Source: Phoronis australis
Lineage: Eukaryota > Animalia > Phoronida
Assembly: GCA_002633005.1 (NCBI GenBank)
Contig: NMRA01000155.1
Location: 62,001-126,000 of the forward strand
Direction: 5' to 3'
Length of the DNA: 64,000 nucleotides
Part shown: positions 12,535-25,004 of the stretch, one piece after another
How the letters are laid out: each line of letters begins with the position of its first letter
Position numbering within the stretch: position 1 is the stretch's first letter
Notes under the pieces: generated by a model
Databases searched by the model: none
The model's input: only the letters and a program-made list of their open reading frames with translations
Told to the model about the DNA's origin: nothing
Position numbers and translations under genes: made by a program

Positions 12535-15500
12535 CAGCCCGGCCAACCCGCGATCGAGAACGCCCGGAAGGCGATCGAGAACGAGACTTTGCACCAAAAA
12601 TTGCAGACGACAGTCATGTACCCGGGGAGTTTAAGTGTCATTTTCTGCTTAAATAGAGGCCACTTTGGTACGAATGTTACACACAGAAAAGCGTCAGAGT
12701 GTAACCTTTGTTGTGAATCTGAAATAATACTTGGCTTTTGCTTATTTTTTAAAATACAGAGCTCAGAAAGCAATGGCTTTCGGTAAAATGCCTTGCGCCT
12801 CGTAAAATCGACAATTTCTACTTGTCATTAGCAATTCCAGGGTTCTTAAGAAGAGACGTGTGACGTTTATAGTTTAATCGTCCCTGGTGACACCTTTGTC
12901 AGTTATGACTTGTGAAACAATTTGAGATATTTACCAATATTGTGTGAGAGGGCGATCGGAAACGATGTCGTTAATTCTCTATGGCGATCGTGAACGCAAA
13001 ACAGCGATCGTGAACGTACATTTTTTCTCTGCATAGGCATGAATAGTCGTTCAAAATACGGTATTATGTCAATAATTTTAGAATAATACGGAGCCTGAAT
13101 TAGTTGATGGGTTAATTATTAATTACATTTCATTTCTTCATTATTTCTAAGTGACACTTAGGCTAACAAATATAACTGAATACGTTTGATTTTTTTCAGT
13201 TGAACTGTAGCCACACGACGAGTCCTTCAGGGTGTTAACGTCCACGCCTTCAAGAATGAGTACTGACTGCTGCATGTCACAACGGAGTGTGTGTGTATGT
13301 TCTGGAGCCTCGTTCAGGAACTAAGAAATCGACTTAGTATGACCACATAGGACTAAAACACAGTGACACCACAGCAAAGCAAGACCTTTACCAGCCCTGT
13401 GATTGACGCGTTCATGCGTCAAGAATTTTTTACCAATATAGTAAAACACAGCATGAAGCATCGTGCTCAGGCCCGGTCTCCAATCTCCGTACTCAGGTCG
13501 ATTCAGTGCCCTGTCTGTGATCAACGTTTCATGGAAAGAGTAATCCTGATGCAACACTGCGTCACAGCACGAAGACACTCCTTTTTGTAGTGAATGTGGC
13601 ATGCCATGCAAACAGTATGCCTCCTACTACAGGCATAGCAAGCAGAAACGACATGAATGAAATCATTAAGTCCAGTGCTGAAGGTTGTTAGGTCACTATA
13701 GTTTATTCAGATTTACTATACAAAGTCTGTGGTTGGTAGTTGACTGATCTGATAGTATTTTGACGTTTTGTTTTGAACCTTTTTTCCTCACGTTTCTTTC
13801 TATATTTGTGTTATTTCAAAAGGATCTTTAACAGAACCAGTACATTTTTGTAGTATTTAGGTAGATTTGAATGGCCATACTAAGTGTCATTGGGCAATAC
13901 TTACATACAATTGTTCTGACCAATGAGTATTTTAAATGAAAATATATGTCTATGATTATTTTAGAAATTGCTTTCATAATGTAGTTGATTTCCTGTGAGA
14001 GACAGTTATACTATCAACCATTCCTAAATACATTGTCTATGATTCAGTGATGATTTAGTCTAATACATTCCAAAAGTAATTCGTTGGAAATGTTCAATGG
14101 ATTTGTTTAGTTGATTTCCCTATAAATAAAATTAAATATTTTTGTAAAACCATTTTTGAGGTACGTGTGATAAAAGATTAATATTATAATAGAAATGCTA
14201 TAATATTGTTGATTTCCTGTGTAAATCACTACAGTGTGTAGTTGAAGTGACGTTAAAGACATCATGTTGACTACGTTTTGAGAAAATCACAATGTAGTAT
14301 GTGTATTATAACTCTTTTTCAATGTCACATTAAACTCGAGATCATGAACTGATGATGCAGGTGAACTTAGGACCAATACTACAAAACAGAAGAGTCGAAC
14401 ACAACGTACAGGCATTCAAGCCACACGGTGCCACAAGTCAATCTGTTCATCTCTGTATCGATGTTATCAGTAAAACATCAAGTAAAATCCCACCCGTTTT
14501 ATCAGCACACCAGTTTACACAACTTCTGGCCAATTTTTTTATCCCAGACGTCTATGAGTGAGAATCTTTGAATCATCTTGTGAAGTGTTGCCGCACTCCC
14601 CTCTTTCCATATGGGAAAGCTCATCATCGTTCTTTGACTTTACTGGCTATATGTTATTTTTGTCCTTTTGCTGACACAATTTTTCAAGAAGATTCTTCAT
14701 TCGCTTTTATCTCGGTGCTGCAACAACTTGTTTACCCCTGGCTGACAGGCCACATGGAACAACTTCTGGGTGAGTCTTCAGTTTAGAAACCCTTGTTCCC
14801 AGTGGTTTGGTATAAAAGTAGATGCCTGGCCTGTACTTTTCAAAACTCTGGTCGGGTGTACCTTCACGTCGTGGGTAACATGTTCGTTGAAGCTCGCCTC
14901 ACATTAACAGTGAACTTGTTTCCTGAAATGAGAATAAATTCGTTTGAGAAACTAAAATTATGCTTCATATACATGTAGTGCTCATGGCAAGTTAATGGAA
15001 ATATGCTATGTTGTTGTTCAGTTTTGATACGAAAGTAACACAGTAACGACACAAAATGTGATTTATTCATTGCACCACACTTATTTATCTTTTTCACGTT
15101 TTATAAGAAAATTATTACTGTTCGACACACCACAATGCGTTCCTGATCGCACAAACAAACACAAATTTGCGTTACCGATCGCTTATTGTTGCGTTCTCGA
15201 TCGCATCTTTTAACAGAAAAGCGTCAAAAAATCAGAGATCCTGACTAAACTATAAAAACAAGCGTTGCGTTATACTTTCACACGTCATTTCTTCATAACT
15301 CCATGGTCAATTTATTGATTTAGTGCCAAAAATAACGGCAATTTGCAAATCACCTTCGGCTTAAGCGATGCCTCGGTCAACGTAACTGTTCTCCTATAAT
15401 TGGGAGAGACATTAGCCTGAACCTCTACCTGCCCTTCCTAAGTGTGTTTCGCCTTGAAGTTATCTCTCTGTTTTCACATTGGAAGTAAAAACAACGAAAA

Positions 15501-15598
15501 TTCATCAAATTTACTCACCTTGCCTGGCTTCGCTTCTCGCACCAAATTTCGTTCTCGATCGCTTTCCGGACGTTCTCGATCGCGGGTTGGCTGGGGTG
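12535..15598. mobile_element. 3064-bp TIR DNA transposon with 5-bp TSD (superfamily uncertain: Transib/RAG-like, CMC or hAT5)
   Basis: About 57-bp TIRs CA(G/C)CCC(G/A)GCCAACCCGCGATCGAGAACG..., with TAAAT at 12530-12534 and 15599-15603. Subterminal GCGATCG(A/T)GAACG-like repeats at about 12950-13016 are inverted at about 15138-15204. Confidence 0.85.
13274..13660 (+). pseudogene. Decayed multi-C2H2 zinc-finger ORF inside the transposon
   Basis: Fragments across frameshifts and stops: CVCSGASF..YDHIGLKH, CPVCDQRFMERVILMQHCVTA(H), CSECGMPCKQYASYYRHSKQKRHE*. An upstream acceptor tttgatttttttcag ends near 13199. Confidence 0.7.
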
Positions 15599-15802
15599 TA
15601 AATTGAATATTTGCTACGAAAGCTGAATGCAAGTTACAACTGTTAAGCCGGCTTAAGATAAACCTATTAACAAAAAGTAACTGAATTGTTTTACATTGCG
15701 CAAGCGTATTTTTACAAAAGTTGCGTCGTGAGGTTGGAAGTTGTAGACATGTCGAGTTTTTCAGCAAAAAAAGATCGTTTTTACTGTTCACTTGAGAAAA
15801 CA

Positions 15803-15929
15803 AATCCTACACTTGTCTCACTTTGATGACATGGGCAAACCTCTTGGAAATTTCGTCAAAATCCCGAGGCCTGCAGACAATATTTCCAAGAGGTTTTGCC
15901 CTTGTCAAACGTGAGACTCGTGTAGGATT
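15803..15929. repeat. Imperfect inverted repeat (hairpin), probably a small TE
   Basis: aatcctacac..gggcaaacctcttggaaat pairs with atttccaagaggttttgccc..gtgtaggatt. Confidence 0.65.
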
Positions 15930-16857
15930 CTCTATATACATATGCGTTAATTGATCACACTGAAACTGCGTAACTAACACCACAAAAGATTCATTTGAAA
16001 CGATTTTTACTCTGAAAATATTTAACTAAGCCCGGTGGAAATGAAAACGCCATGCGTTAACTACATGAACTCCCTGCACGCTTACTTTTTAATTTCGTAC
16101 AAACTATTGTACTTTAAATATACTAAACTTTACATCTTGCAATAGTTAGTTATTGAATGCGTTTTTGCCTTTGATATTGATACAATCTGTCTTACCTGAA
16201 ATATTTGAATAACAACTATGAAATCGGTGAGAGAACAGCTGTAGGCCTACTGTTACGAATCCAAGTTGTACTCGACAGTTGGCTGGACCGGCGATCTCCT
16301 TAATAAGCCAATAAACTTAAGAGGGATACGATTTCCATTCCCGCTTATCTATGTTTTCAGAGTTTTGTACTTGTCAAGGGTAACGTAAAAAATATGTTCT
16401 ATTTTTCTCGGACTGCAGTTTTGATAGCTGTCGGGTTGTCAGAGTTACCGTCAAGGGCAACGGAATGCACCGATCACGTGCCGACAATCACGCCACTGGA
16501 GATTGCTTATTTAACTCTCTAGGGTGATAAAACCAACCACAAACAGTATTACTAAATATCCTAACCAATCGGTTGGGAGTTAACCAACAGAAGGTCCGAA
16601 TGCAGCCTGTTCTATCCCACCAGAGTCAAGAGTCTGGCCAGTTGCACTCAGGTCCCGCGCTGTGCTCTCTCATTCAGAGGGCAGAAATTGAATTCTCGCC
16701 GCAAAGTGTATAGTTCCCCGGTCACCTCTTGGATTACCGGCGGGCAAGAGCGTTTGTGAAGTCGCGAGTTGCTTTAATGTTTTTCTGACAACCCGGCCTT
16801 AAGGTCTTCAGACCTACCATGCTGTGATATTAAAACATTAACTTTACTGGCAGAGAA

Positions 16858-19800
16858 ATAGGGCTAGGGGTAACAAACTGTGTTTTCCCAATAAACAGGT
16901 TCAAAATTAAGCAAATGTGATTAGATCGTAGCCATCTCACTTACAGTAAATCTCAAAATGCCCGGTCAATCCAGCTGGCGTCAAATTCCTATGAAATTGG
17001 GAGATTTCGGTTGTGGTTCGAAAAACCTATTAAGCGCCACCAAAAGTCAACGAGCCTATCGATGTTCTTTGCTTTAGAAAGTAACAGTTTTCAAACAACT
17101 TTGCTGTCGAATTTCAATCTGTCACAGTGCAACGCGTGTGCATGAGTTTGCATGCTATTTGTCACACGGAGGAAAGCTGTTTACGCACTTAACGCATTTT
17201 TTCTCGAATTGCTTGAATGAAATTTTGTCAAATGTGTCAGCTCGAATTTATAGATGTGTCCCTGTGGGCTTTCCATTGTTTTGTTTTTTTTGAGTCTTAC
17301 TTTTTTAACATCAATTGTTCCTTATTATCGTCAAATATGTACCCCGTGGAATTTCAAATCCAGACGAAAGGAGTTTCCAGGATCAGGTAACAAGTTTGTT
17401 CTTGCAATCTTTTGCTGGCGCTAACAGGTTAGAAACCAATCCGGCATTGCAGTAAACACACTGTCCTTGTTGAGCACAGCAGACAAAATGGCATCGTATT
17501 TTTTACGAAAAATTCAATTTCGGAAGCCAATTTGATAGAGAAATCAACCGTTTTAGTCTCATTAGTTATATCACAAACAATACCGTGCTTGCTGATAGTA
17601 CAGAAATAATCTATTTTTGAAGTTGGCGCAAATCTAAGCAAGATTTTAAATCTCAATCTCCTAGTTTTCAAAACGCAGGCCTACCCTACATCAGCAGCGG
17701 TCAAGACGTTTCTCACAATACCGTTAAAGTTGAACCTAGGAACCTCTTTAAAATGCTTTTGAAACAGTACACGCTTCCCATATTACGGGAAGCTCGATGA
17801 AAACATTGAACCATTAATGAGGTGATTTTAAAATCTTTGAGGACCATGATGTATTAGAAAGTTTGCTAAGCCCTTTTAAATAAATTCAATAGTAATAACA
17901 ACAGCAACAATAAAATAATAATAATGATAATAATAATAATTATTATAACAGTAATAATGATAATGGTTAACCAAATTCATGCCATATCAGCCCGGAGGAT
18001 ATACCTATAGAAGAGGTAGAAGAAAAGTGCCGCCTAAAAGGGTGCTTTTTCACAGACGGCAAAAACCTTGTCCAAAATGGCGCCATTTTTTATAAATACT
18101 ATCTAAAAGCGTGCCTTTTCTGAACTTCTGGAACAGAACTGTGCAAAATGATGAATTACAAAATTTCTGCGAGCATTTGTCCGGACCGGTCTACCAAGGA
18201 TTTTCGAAAGGTGCTTTAAATATGTTTAACTGCGCTAACCACAAGCACACCACATGTACAGTAGATTACATGTACNATAGGACAAGGGGTAACAAACTGT
18301 GTTTTCCCAATAAACAGGTTCAAAATTAAGCAAATGTGATTAGATCGTAACCAACACACTTACAGTAAATCTCAAAATGCCCGGTCAATCCCGCTGGCGC
18401 CAAATTCCTATGAAGTTGGGAGAACTCGGTTGTGGTTCGAAAAACCTATTCAGCGCCACCAAAAGTCAACGAGCCTATCGATGTTCTTTGCTTTAGAAAG
18501 TAACAGTTTTCAAACAACTTTGCTGCCGAATTTCAATCTATCTGTCACAGTGCAACGCGTGTGCACAACCAAGACACCAGGCGTTGGCAAAACATAACGA
18601 GGTACAGCAGTCAGGTGGGAAGTGGGATTTCTATTGAAAGTGACGTGTGCAGTACAGTGTATACGCAAGTTTGTTGTTAAGTTTGCCCTTGACGTCACTA
18701 TTCAGTCCTGTTTATTGGCACCAGGACATGTTCAGTTTTTATTATCAGCAATAACAAAACACGTTCCGCATTGGTTGCTTACATAGTCTAGCATCTTGCT
18801 ACTGTCCTGCTCCGTTGTTATGCCATCCAAGCATACAACACTGGGCCTATACTTCTTGTGCGTATTGTTTGAGAGTTGCGATGAGTGCAAAAGCACTGAT
18901 ACACCGTAAAATGTAACAATTTCGTAAAATGTATTGTTACATTTTTGATATAACAACTGTTACATTCTGTTACATTTTGCGTTGCTAGGCATCTCCTAAA
19001 ATATAACAAGTTGCTACGTTTCATGTCGTTATTACATTTGACATCGAATGCAAATGCGAGAAATGCACTGTACCATTGTTACATTTTGCGAAAGTGACGT
19101 CATTTTTCATGATTTTGCATGCAATTTGTCACACGGAGGAAAGCGGTTTACGCACTTAACGCATTTTTTCTCGAATTGTGTGAATGAAATTCTGTCAAAT
19201 GTGTCAGCTCGAATTTATAGATGTGTCCCTGTGGGCTTTCGATTGTTTTTTTTTTAGTCTTACTTTTTTAACATCAATAGTTCCGTATTATCGTCAAAAA
19301 TGTACCCCCGTGGAATTTCAACTACAGACGAAAGGAGTTTCCAGGATCAGGTAACAAGTTTGTTTTGGTTAAAGCTTTCTTTTAGTGTTGGCGCTCACAG
19401 GTTAGAAACCAAACCGGCATTTCAGTAAACACGCTGTCCTTGTTGAGCACAGCAGACAAAATGGCATCGTATTTTGGCTTATATTTGTCGTATTTTTCAC
19501 AAAAAAAATTCAATTTCGGAAGCCAATTTGATAGAGAAATCAACCGTTTTAGTCTCATTAGTTATATCACAAACAATACCGTGCTTGCTGATAGTACAGA
19601 AATAATCCATTTTTGAAGTTGGCGCAAATCTAAACAAGATTTTAAATCTCCTAGTTTTCAAAACGCAGGCCTACCCTACATCAGCAGCGGTCAAGACGTT
19701 TCTCACAATACCGTTAAAGTTGAACCTAGGAACCTCTTTAAAATGCTTTTGAAACAGTACACGCTTCCCATATTACGGGAAGCTCGATGAAAACATTGAA

Positions 19801-20265
19801 CCATTAATGAGATGATTTTAAAATCTTTGAGGACCGTGATGTATTAGAAAGTTTGCTAAGCCCTTTTAAATAAATTCAATAGTAATAACAACAGCAACAA
19901 TAAAATAATAATAATGATAATAATAATAATTATTATAACAGTAATAATGATAATGGTTAACCAAATTCATGCCATATCAGCCCGGAGGATATACCTATAG
20001 AAGAGGTAGAAGAAAAGTGCCGCCTAAAAGGGTGCTTTTTCACAGACGGCAAAAACCTTGTCCAAAATGGCGCCATTTTTTATAAATACTATCTAAAAGC
20101 GTGCCTTTTCTGAACTTCTGGAACAGAACTGTGCAAAATGATGAATTACAAAATTTCTGCGAGCATTTGTCCGGACCGGTCTACCAAGGATTTTCGAAAG
20201 GTGCTTTAAATATGTTTAACTGCGCTAACCACAAGCACACCACATGTACAGTAGATTACATGTAC
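16858..20265. repeat. Direct duplication 16858-18275 / 18277-20265 joined at a single N (probably uncollapsed haplotypes)
   Basis: Near-identical sequence on either side of N18276. Identical ORFs at 18111 and 20101. Copy B has about 550 bp extra (about 18566-19110). Confidence 0.85.
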
Positions 20266-20797
20266 TGTACATGCAGAGTGCATTCTACGTGAATGACGTC
20301 ATCCGATCCAACAGATGTACGGATCACATGTACAGTACATTCTATGTGAAAGACGTCACAGGGACGACGCAGCACTGAAATAAGTGGGAGGCTATATATA
20401 CCCCCAGCCCCCTGTGGTGCGCCACCAAGGTGACCATGCCTTATGGGCGGCGCAGCACTGAAATAAGTGCGGGTAGCCCCATGTGGTGCGCCACCCATGC
20501 GTCACCGGATCCAAAGAAGAGCTTTAAGTGGAACTCTTGCACGCTAATTTCTTATCTCTGTGATTAAATGGTCAAATTAGTTAGAAACACGATATATAGT
20601 GACAATGTCAATATGAAGTAGGTTGAAAATTGTCAAATGTTTTTTAATAACGTGTTTTGTCACCTACATATGTATTTGCGGATTTTTTTTTGTTTTCACC
20701 TTTGCAAGTTGTCAGTTAGTACAGCTCCACTTGTAGATGATGTTCAAATAACAATGTCGTTTAGTTCATACCATACATTAGCATACACTGTAGTTAG

Positions 20798-21117
20798 CAG
20801 GGGCGGATCCAGGATTTTGAGTTAGAGGGGCCAGGGCACAAGAGTAACCAGAATTTCGCCACACGCGCGCGCCCAGCCTACAATGTAGGGATACAGGGGT
20901 CTCGAATGTTTGGGTTTGTGGACCTTATTACTAAAAAAGAAAAGATTGAAACGGGGTTTGTTCAAGGCCTATGCATTATGAATTCGCACCCCGAACCCCC
21001 TGTGTGCGCGCATGTGCTACTCAGCACTTCGTACCCCTAACTCCCAACTGGTATCTGGAAGAACTTTAGGGGGGCCATGGCCCCCTTTGTCCCCCCCCCC
21101 CCCTAAATTTGTCACTG
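20798..21117. mobile_element. MITE, CAGGGGCGGATCCAGG family, with a nested CATG-family MITE (about 20862-21014)
   Basis: Perfect 5-bp TSD GTTAG (20793-20797 and 21118-21122). An uninterrupted inverted copy lies at 54371-54525. Confidence 0.8.
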
Positions 21118-23269
21118 GTTAGGAGCATACAAATACCGTCTTTAAGAAGCCTGGGACGCAAAGATTGGACTGAATTGCAACATTCAAATTGGTTCTCTGC
21201 CACTGAAAAAGAATTCAAACTGGTCACTAGTTATTTTTACAGTTTCTTCGTGAAGATTTTGAATTTCTGTTGATAACAAAGCATTTTTCTTTTAGTTTCA
21301 AATTTCAAAAAACAATTTGTCAACTGATCGTCACCGTCGTCGATTTATCCCCTACAAGACAAAGCACGTCTCCTTATCTGGTATTGCAAGACATAAACGA
21401 AGCACAATTCCCTTATATGAAAAGTTTGAACTAAGACTTTTGGTGTAAACCAAAGAAATGCTACTTCAAGCAACAGCCACAGTCTATTTGTCGAAGTGAC
21501 TGTGAGCGCATGCGCCCACTTATCATAAGTGGGAGGGAGATTAGAAATTATGTGTTGACTATAGAATTTTTCCTTCTCGCGAAATCCAAAAATTGTGACT
21601 TTTGGGAGTTGTTCTAGGCATTTCTTGCAGGTGAAAGTGAATAACTCTGTAGTAGACGTTGCGAGATGCTACAGCTCGTCAGGAATACGTGTAGTTTATA
21701 ATATATTTTGGTGAGCTTTCGCGTTCCATACCTCTTGTTGGTGGCTTCTATTTTAACCTATCGTCCGTCAAAAGATACCTTTCATTTCGGTCACATATCA
21801 CGCCAAGAATTAGACGATGACGCTTGGCTTACATCAAAATCCAACTGCTGCATGGTGGTTTGGTAATTGGCCCAATTATGTTGCACACCCGGCAGAATTA
21901 ATGACGAATGTATCATTGCAACAATAAACAAACGTTTTAGGTGGTAAAAGTCGGCATTTTTGTCCAATTTTCAAAATTCACAAACCTAACCATGTGAAGT
22001 ATTCAAGTGTGCAATTAAAAAACTTTTGTCCCTCCAATGTGTTTATTATGATGGGTCTGGTTATGTAGATAACGATAAATCAGCAGCCTGAGGCTATTTT
22101 CTTAACCACATTAGGCACGGTCTTTGATCAAAATCGGCAGAGTAGTACGCAAACCGATCGAGTTTCCCCAATTTCAATCGGTAAGACTGTTAACTTGAGA
22201 TTCTTTTCATACTTTTTCAAATTGTAGGTTATTGCTCAGTTTGGAAAAAATTGCAGTTGTGTATTGCTCAACTTATCATGGAGGGGGGTAATTTTTATGT
22301 GCCCTGCATAATGGTCTCAAGAAAATAACGACTGTCAGTTCTTCCAGTTTTACACTGTCTGTCGTCTAAAAAACGAACAAGTGGAGACCAGATTCATAGC
22401 AGCCAGTGTTCTAAATCTAAAATTAAACGATTTTATGACCTGGAGAAAGGAATCGCTACTTGGAAAATGTTTGCACTTTGCTCTTGGAAGTTGACGGATT
22501 ATCGAATCTCGATTGCCCGAAGCCGCAGCTAGAAACACACGTCAACTTGTAGGATGCAGGGTGAAAGCGCATGCGTGAGTATCTTCCGCGTCAAACAATT
22601 AAAATGATATCGTAACAACACAACGAATTTTGTTGTTTTAGGGATGACGGATCATGGCAATAGATGACGCAATTTGCCCGGAAATAAGAATGACGTCACA
22701 TTGGGTCCAAAATATCCTAATGACTTCAAAATGACGTCAAGCTAAATTATACATTCCTGTAGCGGCCCTGATCAAAGGTAATCAGTTGAAGAAGACTATT
22801 CCATCCTAAGACTTTTGGCCGTAAAATCGATAATGTACCTCTACTAGAAACCTTATCTATTCGGCATTTTGGACCTTAGGCCGTGGGCGCCGTAGAGTAG
22901 ACCACAGAAGCCTTATGCATGTAAAACAGTATCAGGTTTGGCCACTGCCATTCCCAAAAATGAAACGACAAAACTTTTCACATGTATAGTGCACTACCAC
23001 CAGACCTTACACTTGAATCTCAGTTAGCATCATCAGTGACTATACGAAACATGACAAATGGTTCCACTGCACGCTAACATAACCTGTAAAGACCTACATG
23101 TACATGTAAGTCCTATGGCAAGAATAACCTGTTGACAGAAGTTCATCAGTCTGGCATTGTAGGCCTACAGTATGAATGTTATCGAGAACGTTTTGCCGTT
23201 TTACTACTGTACACTTGAACCTTCCGTGACCATTTTGGGTGACATTTTTGTTTTCATCATTTTGAATTT

Positions 23270-23500
23270 CATAATACCCCGCATTCCTATTTAGCCTAGT
23301 CATATTGGCACGACGTTTCTGTCGGTCATGTCACCTGCCAGTGATCTTTAAGTGTGTTTTTATAACCAGGACGCGCACGGGTGCATCTGTATTGTACACT
23401 CACGTTGGTCAATGACGAGCACTTTTTTCTTGGCGCAGCTGAGATTGAACCAGGGACCTTTAGATTGACAGCCCAGAACTCGGCAGTACACCGCCGAGTC
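23270..23500 (-). mobile_element. Degenerate tRNA-derived SINE
   Basis: Minus strand reads tRNA-like ctgtcaatctaaaggtccctGGTTCAATCTCagctgcgcca with a B box, then a body with cacacttaaagatc reminiscent of the Meta-SINE domain. Confidence 0.5.
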
Positions 23501-24873
23501 ATCCAATTGAGTACTGGACTGAGAACCTAGAATTTATCTCAGGGGGAAAAGCACATGTTGAAGAAAATATGTTTGAAGAAAAACACTGAGAAAGCCTGTA
23601 GAATTTGATTTTCGGCTTTATACAAATCTGTCGTTGATTGGACCCGGTAGTGTGTCAATATAATAAACTTTGGCAAAAAAGAAATGTGCAATCATTGGAA
23701 TAATCGAGTTCAATATGGTGCTCGTGCTTCACTTGAACATGTTCTGGGGTTCTTTAGACTAGTACGAAATGTAACCTACTTCGCTTGGAGAATAGCGTCC
23801 CATTTATAAAGAGGAACGGGTAATTGTCCCAAGTCGCTCCTCCAAGACAAGGAGGGGGCGTTTGAGCAATGTATGACCGCAAGAGGTAAAAATCTTTGAT
23901 ACAGAAGGTCGTGCTATTTCAAAAATCCGGGTGAGGAGAACCCCCTCCATGAGCTGCATAGCTACTTATAAAAAGTGTTGGGTCATGGCTGCTACCTGAC
24001 CAACGCCGCACACACATCCTAGGGCCGGACCAACACGGGCACTAAGGCCGGTGGTGCAGCAATCGAAACCAACGGCTGGTGCCGGAGCAGTGTTCGACGT
24101 GTCAACTTTAATCGCACAAAGTCCATAGATTCGCTATATAGTACCCGGAAACGCTCTTCCTCAAAAAATACTCAAGCCCCACCCGCGGCCTCGGGGCAAA
24201 CTGATGCCCCGTGTGCCATGGCGATGCCCTGCACTGTTACAAGGGAACATCACCGAGTCAAATTGGGGAAAAGCGAAGACCTGGAGAATCCAGCCACCAG
24301 GAAATACCAATCTGTAGGTCCGCTTAAAAACAAGCAACAAAAACTTTTTTGTTCGCCCATAGCTATTTCTCAAAGTGGATGAAAGATCCCTTCTAGGTAA
24401 GCTACAATTCTGGAGTCAAACTCGAATGGCGCTCTAATTAAAACAATGCGCATGTGAAAGTAACACAATTGATTTAACTTGTGCACCAAAGTGTTAAGCG
24501 CAGTGAATGCCAAAATACATGTATCCGTCGGTAATTTATCCCGGTGAAATCATATAAACACTGTCGGCTTAAGAATGTTTGATTAGGCAAATGAACGTCA
24601 CAAAAACATTTGAGTGAAAAATTCTTCTAATGGAGTCCTGAATAGGGTAAGTCTGAAAAGGTGAAATAAAACACTCGTTGCTATTTATTTGGGACAATGA
24701 CAAGATCGGAAACACGAATGAGCACGCGAAACTTTATCATGATAAGTTACTAACAAGACCAACATGCTCCACAAACAATGGCTATTGTTACCATGATGGT
24801 ATTCCAATTTATCAATGGCTGACAACGCTAGAGATCAACATTTGCCTAATAACCGCACCCAAACTTGTTTAAT

Positions 24874-25004
24874 CATGCGCGCACCCAGGGGGTCTCGAGT
24901 CCCCCCCCNNNTTTTAATTCAGTCCTCCCGACGTTTTGTCAGGAAATGGTCCACAACGACCGAAGTTCGAGCCCTTCCCACCTTCAAGGTTGGGTGCGCG
25001 CATG
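24874..25004. mobile_element. Short MITE, CATGCGCGCACCCA-TIR family
   Basis: Perfect 14-bp TIR CATGCGCGCACCCA/TGGGTGCGCGCATG with TTAAT on both sides (5-bp TSD). Confidence 0.8.

Noticed and set aside
18111-20292. Two identical short ORFs suggesting a duplicated gene
   Set aside because: They arise from the probable haplotype duplication, start at GTG, and show no protein features.
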